A stretch of DNA of 64,000 nucleotides, from positions 1 to 64,000 of the forward strand of contig JAWQFM010000005.1 of NCBI GenBank assembly GCA_033442325.1, written 5' to 3'. Numbering within the stretch: position 1 is the first letter of the stretch; every line of letters begins with the position of its first letter. Below are positions 1 to 12,500 of the stretch, one piece after another. Origin of the DNA: Salpingoeca rosetta (taxonomy: Eukaryota; Protista; Choanoflagellata). A model generated the notes under the pieces. The model worked only from the letters and a program-made list of their open reading frames with translations. It searched no databases and was not told the DNA's origin. Made by a program: the position numbers and the translations under genes.

Positions 1-32
<32 letters not shown>

Positions 33-124
33 CTGGAAGTTGCATGTGCCTACATCCCATTTATCGGGCGTGCTCTGTCATGAATGGACCTCACACCACC
101 AAACCAATCGACCACCACCATCAG

Positions 125-784
125 GTGCGCCCGCGTCTGCGCTGACGACGCCGGAGGTGTTCCACTCGCTCATTGACCTGCCTGAGTCGTTCAACGAGGT
201 TGTGATTGAGGGGTGCGACAAGAAGTGCGCGCACACGGGCCTGCCCATGAAGGAGCCTGCCCTGTGTCTCCTCTGCGGCACATATGTCTGCTTTGCTTCG
301 CCGTGCTGCACGCGCCAGCAGCGTTTCCTCAACCGCACCATGGTTCGTTCATCACTCGCGCGCGCGTGTCTGTATATGTGCGTGTGGCTGTGTATGTGTG
401 TGTGCGTGTGTGTGCGTTTTGGTTTTGGGTGAACGTGTGTTTGTGTCATGTTTTGTCGGTTGACGTTCATTGTGTGCGATAGTTGTAGCTGTTGGGCTGT
501 TGGGCTGCTTGAGCTGTATTCCTGCCCACCCACGCACTCGATGCTCTCTTGTTCCCCCCCCCTCACGCCCCCCCCCATCTTTATCATACGCTTCCGATAG
601 AACCATGGTGGGTGCACGCTGCATGCCAACGAGTGCACGGCTGGTTCTGGCGTGTTCCTGTTGATCAAGCACGGATATGTGCTGGTGCTGAGCCGTGGTC
701 GCGGTATCCTCCTCCCCAGCCCATATGTTGACGAGCACGGCGAGCCAGACCCAGGCCTGGTGAGAGAGTGAGAGAGAGAGAGAG

Positions 785-867
<83 letters not shown>

Positions 868-1113
868 AAGAGGGGTTGAATGCGTGCGTGTTTATCGTGT
901 TCCACTCTGCGACTAGCTGCCCTGGTGCATACATTTTCTCATTCATTGCATTTACCCTTCGCTCGCTCATCGCACTCCCCACAGCGCCGGAGCTGCCGCC
1001 TGTTCCTGAACCACGGCAAATATGAGCGGTTGCAGCAGCAGTACCGCGAGCACACGACAAACCCGGCCTTTGATCCCCTGCGTGAGCTACCGGGCCGCTG
1101 GATCGCCATGTGA
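125..1113 (+). CDS. UBR1: UBR1/UBR2-type N-recognin E3 ubiquitin ligase, last three exons (5' partial)
   Basis: Exons 125-342, 601-759, 985-1113 splice in frame: LIDLPESF..CAHTGLPMKEPALCLLCGTYVC..CC / NHGGCTLHANECTAGSGVFLLIK..LPSPYVDEHGEPDPGL / RRSCRLFLNHGKYERLQQQY..*, the conserved UBR1/2 C-terminal domain. Confidence 0.9.
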
Positions 1114-1358
1114 GCGCGCCCGATTCCCCCACCTGTGTGTGTGTGTGTCGTGTTGTGTGTGTGTGTTGTGTTGTGTTGTGTCGTGTCATATTGTGTGTGT
1201 GTGTGTGTGTTGTGTTGTGTTGTGTCGTTTGTACTGTGTGGCGTTGTCTCGTTTCCCTTCCTACTCCCCTCACCACTCTCTTACAAAAGCATGACGATGA
1301 CACAAAGTTTGTGTGAACATGTGCTCAAGACGTGCTGGGAGCTCCGCAGCTGCAACAA

Positions 1359-1466
<108 letters not shown>

Positions 1467-1561
1467 GCGAAGAGTGCGCTACAATTTGTGCTGTCGTTTT
1501 CAATTTCAGCATTTCCGCTCTTGCCTCCTGCTGTTTGCCGCCGCGTGCCAAATCCACCTGC

Positions 1562-1600
<39 letters not shown>

Positions 1601-1638
1601 CACACAGCACCACACACAGCACCACACAAAGCAGCACG

Positions 1639-3585
1639 ATGCGTTTGCCTTTGATTCGGCGTGCGCCAACCACGGCCGCCACCGCGCTGCGGCTTGTGCG
1701 CTGCAAGACATCATCGCCAGGGGCGCATCCAGCGACCTCGGTGTCGTCCACAGCACCAGCGGCAACAGGTACACAGGCAACGTGGGTGCGGGCCGTGAGC
1801 ACCTCTGCCAGGGCCGATCGTGCAGCTGCCGCTGCCGCGGAAGCGAGAGAGGAGCAGCCGCTGTTGAAGGACGGTAAGCTGACGCGGCATCATCCCCGCC
1901 TCGCACGCGGCCGCGGGATCGAGTTCACCAAGGATGAGAAGCGCATCGAGAGCGGGGATCAGGCGCCCGTGCGGTTCGACGACATGAATATGGATGTGCG
2001 CTTGAAGAAGGCCCTCAAGCAGGACTTCCGGTACGCAGAGGCGTCACTGGTGCAGAGCATGTGCTTTGATTCATGCTTGAACGGCGACGACGTCGTGCTC
2101 AAGGCAAAGACGGGCACCGGCAAAACGCTCGGCTTCCTGCTGCCCACCATCCAGAAGCACTTCCGTGACGCGCGCAAGATGGCACGCCAGAAGCCCCGCC
2201 GCGTGCCCGTGCTTGTGATCGCGCCCACGCGCGAGCTCGCCAAGCAGGCCGAGACAGAGGCCGACCGCCTACTGCGCTACCTGCCGCGCGAGCTGCGCGC
2301 GCAGTCGTGCATCGGCGGTACCCCGCGTGGCGTGTCCATGAAGCGGCTGGAGCGCGTGCCACCCATGGTGCTCGCCGCCACCCCCGGCCGCCTCCTTGAC
2401 ATGATCCGCACTTGCGGGTGGGAGAACGTGTTTGACGACCTGCGCGTGCTTGTCCTCGACGAGGCCGACCGCCTGCTGGATATGGGCTTCCGCAAGGAGA
2501 TTGAGCAGATTCTGCAGCACCTCAACGCAAGACAGAGCAAGCGCCAGACGCTGCTCTTCAGCGCGACCTTCCCGCCCGACGTGGAGCAGATGGCCAAGCT
2601 CGCCTGCCTGCAGCCGCCCAAGATGCTCGAGGTCCCAGATGCCGGCAAGGATCAGGAGACGGAGACGGCGTCAAGCGTCACCCAGCGCGCCGTGGAGGTG
2701 CAGATGGACTCGCTCCTGCCCAGCCTGCACAGCATGATCCATGCGCACATTGCCGAGCGCAAGCTCCAGCGCATGCCATCAAAGGTGATGGTGTTCTTCC
2801 CGACGGCCGTGCAAACGCAGTTCTTCTCCACCCTCTTTGAGCGCGACTCGTTCAAGCTGTACACCCTGCACTCGCGCATGCAGCAGTCGAAGCGCGACCG
2901 CATCAGCGGCACGTTCAGGACGGCGAAGGATGGCGTTCTCTTCACAACCGACGTCTCCGCACGTGGCATCGACTACCCCGGCGTGTCGCTCGTCGTGCAG
3001 GTTGGCCTGCCATCGTCCCGCGAGCAGTACGTGCACCGCGTGGGGCGCACGGGCCGCGGTGGCAGCAAGGGCGTGGCGGTGATGCTGACAACACCACAGG
3101 AGGGCACCTTTGTCAAGAGCGAGCTCAAGGGCCTTCCTATTGAGCAGCAGTCCATGCACGACATTGTGTCTGCCAACGGGCTCGTTGACGCCAGCAACAC
3201 GGCTGCGGTGGATGCGATGATTGATGAGTCGCGTGCGTTTATTGCCAAGCGCTACGACCAATTGCGCAAGTACGATCCGGAGCGTGGCAGCGACACGTAC
3301 CTCTCCTTCCTCGGCCATTACCGCGGCATGCTGTCCACCATGAAGATGTCGCCACAGCAGCTCGTCGACTTTGGCAACGCCTACGCCACAGATGCGCTCA
3401 TGCTGCCCACACCACCCGTGCTCTCCCAAAGCATCCTCGCTCGCATGGGCCTGGACAACAAGTCCCTCTCGCGCGTGCGTGTGTCCTCGGACCGCAGGCG
3501 TCCACACGCCCACTCGCGCATGCCGCGTCGCCAACACCAGCGCCCGAGCCGTGCACGCAAGCCCCGCCCGCCACCACGCTACTGA
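1639..3585 (+). CDS. DEAD-box RNA helicase, Mss116/CYT-19-like, probably mitochondrial, intronless
   Basis: AKTGTGKT, APTRELA, ATPGRLLD, LDEADRLLDMGF, LFSAT, DVSARGIDYP, YVHRVGRTGRGG. Arg/Ala/Thr-rich presequence-like N-terminus from ATG 1639, YLSFLGHY C-terminal extension and a basic tail. Confidence 0.93.
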   Translation: MRLPLIRRAPTTAATALRLVRCKTSSPGAHPATSVSSTAPAATGTQATWVRAVSTSARADRAAAAAAEAREEQPLLKDGKLTRHHPRLARGRGIEFTKDEKRIESGDQAPVRFDDMNMDVRLKKALKQDFRYAEASLVQSMCFDSCLNGDDVVLKAKTGTGKTLGFLLPTIQKHFRDARKMARQKPRRVPVLVIAPTRELAKQAETEADRLLRYLPRELRAQSCIGGTPRGVSMKRLERVPPMVLAATPGRLLDMIRTCGWENVFDDLRVLVLDEADRLLDMGFRKEIEQILQHLNARQSKRQTLLFSATFPPDVEQMAKLACLQPPKMLEVPDAGKDQETETASSVTQRAVEVQMDSLLPSLHSMIHAHIAERKLQRMPSKVMVFFPTAVQTQFFSTLFERDSFKLYTLHSRMQQSKRDRISGTFRTAKDGVLFTTDVSARGIDYPGVSLVVQVGLPSSREQYVHRVGRTGRGGSKGVAVMLTTPQEGTFVKSELKGLPIEQQSMHDIVSANGLVDASNTAAVDAMIDESRAFIAKRYDQLRKYDPERGSDTYLSFLGHYRGMLSTMKMSPQQLVDFGNAYATDALMLPTPPVLSQSILARMGLDNKSLSRVRVSSDRRRPHAHSRMPRRQHQRPSRARKPRPPPRY

Positions 3586-3960
3586 GGTCCTGGGGGAGAG
3601 AGGTTAAGGTTGCTGCTGCTTGTTGCTGTGAGCAAGGGAGTGGGTGATTATGCGCGCTTGTGAACCGGTTTTGTCGTGTGCGTTGTGTAGTGTGCGTGTG
3701 ATGTGTTGAATGTGTGTTTGTGTGCATTTGTCTGTCTGTCTGTCTGTCTGTCGAGTGTACTGGGCGTGTTGGGAAGTGGGTCATGTGAAGGAGGAGTGTA
3801 ACAATGTCTCTCAGATCAGGGCGAGCTTTTCAGCTTGCATTGTGTTGCTTTTGATTGCTGCGTGCGTGAGGATTTGGTGATTGCTTGCCTGCTTGCTTGC
3901 TTGCCTGCTTGATGATAAACATGAAGGACCACAAGATACGAAGCTTGAAAGGAAGAGGCA

Positions 3961-4087
<127 letters not shown>

Positions 4088-4187
4088 NNNNNNNNNNNNN
4101 NNNNNNNNNNNNNNNNNNNNNNNNNNNNNNNNNNNNNNNNNNNNNNNNNNNNNNNNNNNNNNNNNNNNNNNNNNNNNNNNNNNNNNN
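4088..4187. other. Assembly gap/spacer, exactly 100 N
   Basis: 100 N, versus non-round gaps of 148 and 199 N elsewhere. Confidence 0.99.
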
Positions 4188-4484
4188 TAAACCCTAACCC
4201 TAACCCTAACCCTAACCCTAACCCTAACCCTAACCCTAACCCTAACCCTAACCCTAACCCTAACCCTAACCCTAACCCTAACCCTAACCCTAACCCTAAC
4301 CCAACCTAACCCTAACCCTAACCCTAACCCTAACCCTAACCCTAACCCTAACCCTAACCCTAACCCTAACCCTAACCCTAACCCTAACCCTAACCCTAAC
4401 CCTAACCCTAACCCTAACCCTAACCCTAACCCTAACCCTAACCCTAACCCTAACCCTAACCCTAACCCTAACCCTAACCCTAAC
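4188..4484 (+). repeat. Telomeric repeat (CCCTAA)n = (TTAGGG)n on the minus strand, left-end orientation
   Basis: ~49 near-perfect TAACCC units with one irregularity near 4301. Confidence 0.98.
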
Positions 4485-6504
4485 AATCCACACCGCGATC
4501 ACGGCGGAATTGCCTCCTGCATGCGCAAGCTTGGTGTCATCAAAGACAGTCGCCACCTGCCTTTCTCAAAAACAACAGACAGACAGCGCCCACCCTCTAT
4601 CAGAGATCACAGCAGATATACACACATACATGTGCCTTGCCGTCACTCCGCCAGCGGCTTGCAACTTGCTTCAACATCATAGACTTTTGGCTCAACACCA
4701 GCAATCCATGCAAAGCTTTGCTTGCTCTCGCTCGCAATACTTCATCGACCCGCATGTCACAGCGGGCTGCGTCTTGCCTCCAGAGGCAACCACAGCCACA
4801 CCCACAACACACAGCTAACAACGTTTTCTATTTCACTGTGCTACATCCACGTGTGCAGCAAAGCAACTGCCAGCCATTCCCCACACACAAACACATGTTG
4901 GCTCATCGCCCTTCTCCCAACACACAGCTACACACACAAGGAAAATGCAAGCCCTTTCATGCGCACACACGTCATCTACGCGCCAGGCACATCGCTGTGC
5001 CCGGGTCTCAATGCACCATGCGTGCAGGCTTGCTTCCTGCGTCTCGCTGCGTCACATCACTGTGAGGAGAGAAGAACAATCAAGAGTCAACAATGCGTGT
5101 TTGTGTGAGAAGAATGTCCAGCGCTTCACATTGTCACACTCAGAGGAAGCTGAACAATCAGCACGCCCTCTTTCCGCAAACACAGTCGTTGCTCGCCACA
5201 AGCGCATGTCGTGTGTTGCTTTGCTTCTGTGTAGTAGAGATGCGTTTGCTCATGCGAGTGATCACAAGAACACACACAGAGACACGAGCAATCGCTTGCT
5301 CGCCTCCCCACATGTGCGCCTCATCACACCCACACACATCGCTCACGCATCACACACACAAGCATCCACACACACACACACACACTCGTGCTGTTCTCAT
5401 TGCATGTGCTGTGCATGCATGTGTGCTCGTGCAAGCATTGCTTACAACACAATTAAGTGCCGCTTCGCTATACCTGCACTCACACACACACATTTCACAC
5501 ACACACAAATGAAGAGAGAGGTCGCTCAGAACACAGCAGATCCAAGACCCAAGAAGAAAGAGAAGTTGTAGCTGCAAGGGCGCAGACGCGGCTTTTCGTG
5601 CCCGCAAGCAGTCCTGCTCAGCGACATTCGCCTTGCTCTCTTGCTTGCGCCTCTACTCAGCGGCTCTTTGCCTTTGCCTTCTCTTTTCCTTTTTTTTTTT
5701 GTCTTGCTCATTTGCATCCTTCCTCTCATGTATGCCAATCCATCGAGCGGCAGCTGTTTGAATCGCTGCTTTGCCCTCGTGCACTTTGCCTGCAGGCACC
5801 GCAATCTAGATTCAGTGATTCTGCTAGATCTAGATTTGTGACTGGATCTAGCTGGTGCGCACAGCTTCACTGCATCAAGATTCTTCACACTGCTCACACC
5901 CCAGATTCCCCTGGCCCGTGACCAACCAATGCTTGCATGCATGCAATGCCCTTGCTTCGCTTGCCTACGCTGCACTGCACAGCTGCACTGGTGCCTCGCC
6001 ATGCAGTGTTCAGACACTACTTGTTACAGTATTGGGGCTTTTTCCATCACATGATCGCACTTTTTCTGCACCCCCTTTTTGACTTCACTGCATCAGTCTC
6101 CCTACTCCGATGATCAAGTGAGCAAGCGAGCAAACGTCACTGCACCATGCCATGAGCTGCTGCAACAGGCACAAGACCACGTGGCTGGCTCGCAGGCACA
6201 CGTGCGCACGAGCACACTGCACTGTGCGCACTTCTACTTGCCTGCAGGCACGCTGCACTGAAGCAAGAAGGAGCAAACCAAAGTGCAGCAAGGATGGATT
6301 CGTTTCCATGTGATTGAACAAGAGACGAGCAAGCAGGCAGAGAACGACGAGGAGCAGCGCAAGGCATACGTGTGCACGTGTGTGTACATGCGTTTGTGTG
6401 TAGCTGTTGCCTGCAGGCACGGGAACGTGTTTCTGATTGAAATGGATCGGATGAGTAGCAATCCTCTGCTCACTGCAAGCACACTTGCATGCGATTGTGC
6501 AGTG

Positions 6505-7320
6505 CTGTTGGGTTACTCGCAAACACTCACAACTTCTCCTACATGCATTGGATTCACTCCACTACATCCGTCTACTCACTCTTGAGTTGCTCGCAAGCAC
6601 TCGCAACTTCTCCTGCTTGCATTGGATTCACTCCACTACATCCGTCTGCAAGCACTCACAACTTCCCCTGCTTGCATTGGACTCACTCCACAATGATCCC
6701 TCTACTCCCTGTTGTGTTACTCGCAGGCACTCACAACTTCTTCTACTTGCATTACTCACTCGCAAGCACTCACAACATCTCCTGCTTGCATTGGATTCAC
6801 TCTACAACATCTGTCAACTCACTGCTGTGTTACTCGCAGGCACTCACAACATCTCCTGCTTGCATTGGATTCACTCCACTCCATCCGTCTACTCACTGTT
6901 GTGTTACTTGCAAACACTCACAACATCTCCTGCTTGCATTGGATTCACTCCACTCCATCCGTCTACTCACTGTTGTGTTACTTGCAAACACTCACAACTT
7001 CTCCTGCTTGCATTGGATTCACTCCACTACATCCGTCTACTCACTCGCAAGCACTCACAACTTCTCCTGCCTGCACTGGATTCACTCCACAATGATACCT
7101 CTACTCACTGTTGTGTTCACTCACAACTTCTCCTACTTGCATTGAATTCTCTCCACGACATCCGCCTACTCATTGTTGTGTTACTCGCAGGCACTCACAA
7201 CTTCTCCTACTTGCATTGGATTCACTTCACCACACCCGTCTATTCGCTGCAGACACTTGTGTGTACGCTTGCTTGCTCTGTGCGTGTTGCTTGCAAGTAC
7301 CCACAACTTCCCTTGCTTCC
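6505..7320. repeat. Subtelomeric minisatellite, 74-bp unit, ~11 full or partial copies
   Basis: CACTC(A/G)CAAC(T/A)TCTCCTGCTTGCATTGGATTCACTCCACT..ATCCGTCTACTCACTGTTGTGTTACT core recurs at about 6524, 6598, 6653, 6728, 6767, 6841, 6915, 6989, 7052, 7118, 7192. Spacing is mostly 74, with internally deleted units. Confidence 0.93.
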
Positions 7321-9516
7321 ACCTTGTTCACTTGACAACACTCCTCCACTCACTCAGCGCTGCGTCACTGCTTCACCCACCATGCCTGCACGCACCTGCA
7401 ATCGACCCTTTATCAATCCACACCATCACTCACACACCTTCATTCACACACCGCTCTGTCGCCCCACTTCACTCCACGCCACTCCACTTCATTCAGCAGC
7501 ATCGCCTCGCTTCTTGGATTCACTCTCAGACATCACCTGCTATCTCTCGCCTCCAGCAGCGACATGATCAGGTGCGTAAGAAGCTCGCTGCAATCGCCTT
7601 CTTCTCTTCCCACTTTACCTTCTCCCTTCGTGCATGCTTGCTGCTACTTGCAATGTTTGTGCTCCTGCTTCCTTTGCTCCACCTCCACACTCACAACACA
7701 ACACAACAAAACACACATCCCTGCACGTGCTGCTTTGTCCCTTTGTCTCACCCTTCACTCACTTGCGCCTTTCCCTCTTCCCTTTGCCTTTCCACATTCC
7801 ATGTGTTGCATTGTTGCTTTGCACTTGTTCCCACATGCTTTATTCAACCTTGGCCCTCTTCCTCTCTTCCATCTACTCAGTGCCACACAGCACATCTCCA
7901 CGCAACATCACACATCCCTCACTTCACACAACACAACACAACACCACATACAACACACTGTGTGCATTTGTGCTTCCCTTCGTCACTTTCTTTCACCACC
8001 TTGTCATCACAAGCCTTGTTTGCCTGCCTCACCTGCGTTTCACCACCCCTCCTGTCTTGTTTCAATTCTTGCCGTTGCTGCTGCTGTTTCCATGTGCTTG
8101 CATGCCTTCCCTTGTCCCTGTTCACTACTTTGTGCCGCCACTCCTTCCCTTCCCCTTTCCTGACCTTTCCTGCCTCGTTCATGTTTCATGCTGCACGTGT
8201 TACAGCACATCATAAACCCACCAAGCCCACACTGTCGCCTTCTTCTACATCAGCCCTGTTCACCACCACCATCACTCGTCGCTGCCACCATCGCTCGCTT
8301 TATCCTTTCCCCCATCCCCACGTTCACAGCTGCTGCTGCTGCTGTCCTCACCTGCATGCAACACCCGCTCCACAGCCACACGCCCAGCTCGCCACCAATC
8401 CAATCCACATCACATCACACACACCGTGTTGACTTCACCGCAACCATCCACAACCATCCATCCACCAGCAGCATCACACGATACACACAGCTGCACATGC
8501 GTGTTGCATTGTATATTTCCACTACACTTCAGCAACACGACAGCAAGCAAACACACACGCGCACACACGTGGCAAGAATAAGCGAGAAAACATCCCCATA
8601 TCAACTGCAAGCAACACACACACACACACACACGCAACAAGCGACAGCTCCATGCTACGCCACACCGCTTCACTGCCCCATCAACCGCCATCATACCTTC
8701 AACCAACAAGAACAGCAGCAGCAGCAGCAGTGTGCATGCTGTGGCAAGAGAGAACAGAGAGAGAGAACAGAGAAAGGGAAAGGGGGGAAGAAGGCAGAAG
8801 GACACAAGGAGAGAGACGTGCACCCTGTCAACAACAACACAACACAACACAACAACACAACACATACACAATGCAACACCACCCGCTCACGCTCCCCTCC
8901 TTCTCCAACGAGGTGCGTGGTCTATGGCACGCCCACGTCCTGCTTGCTTGTCCTGTGCCCTTGCTTGCTCGTGTCCTTGCTTGGTTGTGCGTGCCTTGGG
9001 TTCCAACAAACAGCCTGCACTTCCCCTGCACAAACGTCCATGTGTCTGTGTGCATGTGCGTGTGAGGGGATGACGAAGAGGGAAGGGGGAAGCGAGCAGA
9101 AGAAGAAGAAGAAAGGGAGAGATGGGAGGTGCGTGAGCACAGACGATGGTGATGGGCGCACACGACGTGGTTGTGGTGAACACGCACACACACAATCACA
9201 CAGCGAAGCAGCAACGCACAACAGACACAATAGACACAAACAGGGGGGAACAGAGCAAGCAGCAGCGCAACACACACACACGCATCAAGTGCACGACATC
9301 AGCCAGTCAGCATCATCCAACACCCCTTGCATCCACTGGTCCATCCATGCAGCAGCGGTGGTGGCAGCAGGAGAGAGAGGGAGAGGAGGGAGAGGAGGAA
9401 GAGTGTGCCCTGCCTTGCCTGTGTGGGGAGGTGTGTCTGCACACCCACTCACTGTGTGCCTGTGCGTGTGTCACCATCCATACAAGCACATGTGTGAGAC
9501 AGAGGGAAGCAAGCAG

Positions 9517-9551
<35 letters not shown>

Positions 9552-12500
9552 GTGAATCACAAGCAGACACAGCATGAACGACATGCACAAAGTCACTGTC
9601 ACACATGCAAGTGCAACGCACCGTGAGGTGGCATCAGACTGCCTACCAGCACGCGTGCGCGTGTGTGTGTGTTCACACATGTGTGGACCGATGCAGTCCA
9701 TCATCCCTTTCTGTCTGCGTGTGAGCCAAATGCATCCACAGCAGCAGGAGTGCGTGTGAGATCACAACACCCACCACAGCCACGTCCCACCTCTCCATCA
9801 ACAAACACACAAACACACGCACCCACACAGCAGTCAAGCCAATTGACAGAACTCACCCAAACTCACGGTGCCAGCGTGCCATGGGCCTGTGCAGCACATA
9901 CGTCAGCCTCACCGACCGTGGGCAATGCCTTGCATGCCTTTGGCCCTGCACACGTCCATGGTGTGGCGCTGCTGTGCCTGTTCTCTGCTTGCAACTGTTC
10001 ACCATCACACCATCACCCACCACACCCCACACAATCCACGGAACCAAACGAAACCACCCACAACAGAACCGCCAGTGAGTGCCCGTCACAACGCGCACCC
10101 TCTCCCTCCTCTCCACCAACACTGCGCCAGCCACGCACACGAACAACGCAAGCCACCTCCCACTCAAACACACACGCACCTTGATTCGCGTTTCGCCTGC
10201 TGCTTGTTTGTGTGTGTTGGTCTTGTTGGTTCGTGTTTGGGCGATTTGTGGAAGATGCCACAAATAATCGCCCACTGCTGCGGTTGTGCGGCAACTGCTG
10301 TTTGCTTTCTGCTGTTGCTTGTTGAAGGGCGGACTTGCTTGCTTGCTTGCATGCTTGGTTGATTGAGTTGGTTGGTTTCAATGAGACAAGGAGGAGAAGA
10401 AGGAGAAGGGGGACAGCACTGTGTGTGTGAATGCAACGCAGGTTCACAGGCCTTGCAGGCTGCGGAGGGAAGAAGAAAGGGGACAAGAAAGGGGGATGGA
10501 AAAGAAGAAGAAACAGCACACACACACACAGTTGTGGACAGCATGCATCCCCTCCTCTTCTCTCCTCCTCCTCCCTCCCCTTTCACAGTCACAACAGACA
10601 GCCAACAGCCACACAAAGGGCTGGAAGAGAAAACAAACAAGGGGGAGGGGGCAACAGCCACCCAGCCAGATCGCCATGGAAGAAAGCGGCGAGGTGATGG
10701 AGGGTGGAAAGGAGAACACCGTCCATCAACACACGCACACACATCTGTTGGGAGCCCCACGTCTTCTGTCCTTGCTTCCCCTCTTCCTTTCCTCGGCCTG
10801 GGTTGAGTTGTGTTGGTTGAGGTGGCACAGCTCGCCATGGTGTGTCATGCCTGGATGTGGGTGTGGGTGTGGGCATGGGTGTTGGATGTGGATGGGTGCC
10901 TCTGTCTGCGTGTGTGAAAAGGGGTGGAGGGAAACAGTGGAAGGGGTGGTAGCAGCAGAGAGGAAGGAGAAGAAGCAAGAAGTGAGAGGGTGGATGTGAG
11001 CATGCCATGTATAAGTGGACAACAACTACCCACGGGGTGTGGTGATGATGATGATGATGTGGTTGGTGTTGTGCGTTGCGTGATGGCACAAGAACACAAA
11101 GGTCAATCACACACAAATACACACACACCTCATCGTCGATCAACGCATCTGCCTGACATATGCGCACACGCGCACGCACATCTGCAGTCACACACACACA
11201 CACACAGTCACACATGGCATTGCAGAGTGAGACGGTGCACCATGCACACGCATGCACAGCAATGCAAACACAACCACAACAACCACCACAGCAACATCCC
11301 TCTCCCCATCTCCATCCCCCAAATGCACGGTCACATGACCAGGTACACAGCCGTGGTGGTGATAATGGCCATGATGAACGCCTTCCTCCCTCTTCCCCTC
11401 AACCCCTTCCACCAAACACACACACAACATTGCGTGCCCTCACCTCGTGCATCGTGTTGCTGTCGGCGTGGTTGATGGCGATGCACACACATGTACGCGC
11501 ATACGCACACATTGCTGTGTGTGTGTGCCCACTTGAGATGAGTAACGGAGGGAGAGAAATGGGCGACACGACACGACGGCCAGTCAACCCCAGCCAATCC
11601 AATCCAGCATCCACCGCCGTGTGTTGCCTGCTGCAGTCATCATCACAATCACACGCAATCACAATCACAGGTACAAGCAAAAGGAATGAGCCACTGATAT
11701 GTGTGTCAGTGCCATGTGATACCACCACCATCACACGATTCACGTGCATGTATGTGTACACGCACCCCCATCTCCCAACCAACATCATCGCCCTCCTATC
11801 ACTTCCCTTCCCTCTCCCTCCTCTCGCTCTGCACTCCCACTACTCTCACCGTGTCACTTCCCTCCCCCCCCCCTGCTTCCCACCACTCCATACAACCCAG
11901 CCCACCAACCAACCAACCAACCGCCAACGATTATCCTCACCTGTGCTTGATGCAGCGAGACAGCCAGCCAATGTGCCACAGCAAAGCCAGAAAAAGGAAG
12001 CGCAATCACACGCCACGGCCACCATCGTTACCGCTGATGGAGCAGAAAGGGGAGATAATGGGGGAAGAGTGGTGGGCACGGGCCATGTCATTCCTCGTCT
12101 TCATCCGTGCAGCCCCAAACACGGTGCACAGCGCACAGGCACACGCACGGCCATCATCACAGCAGCACCAGTAGCAGCAGCGAGCTAGCCTGCCTGCGTG
12201 CCTGTGGGGCAAGAGAAACCAACCAGAGACGAACAACGACCGGTGATGGTGAGGACAGAAAGGAGGGACACAAAGGACCACGCATGGGAATATGCAGCAT
12301 GTTGTGGGCGGGTGAACCAGATACACACAAGAACAACGAAGCAAGCATCCAACAAGCAAGCAAGCAAACACGCGATATCATATCCACCATATCCACCACT
12401 GCAATACCTGTGTTGGCCGCTGTCTCGATCACGCCTCAGCAGCTGCACATCACATGGGGAAGGCTGATGATGATGATGACACAGAGCAAAGGCGATTGGT

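Noticed and set aside
6505-7320. CRISPR-like array or repeat-protein ORFs (360 aa, 218 aa)
   Set aside because: No unique spacers and no cas genes; the 74-bp unit rotates frames, so the ORFs are by-products of the satellite.
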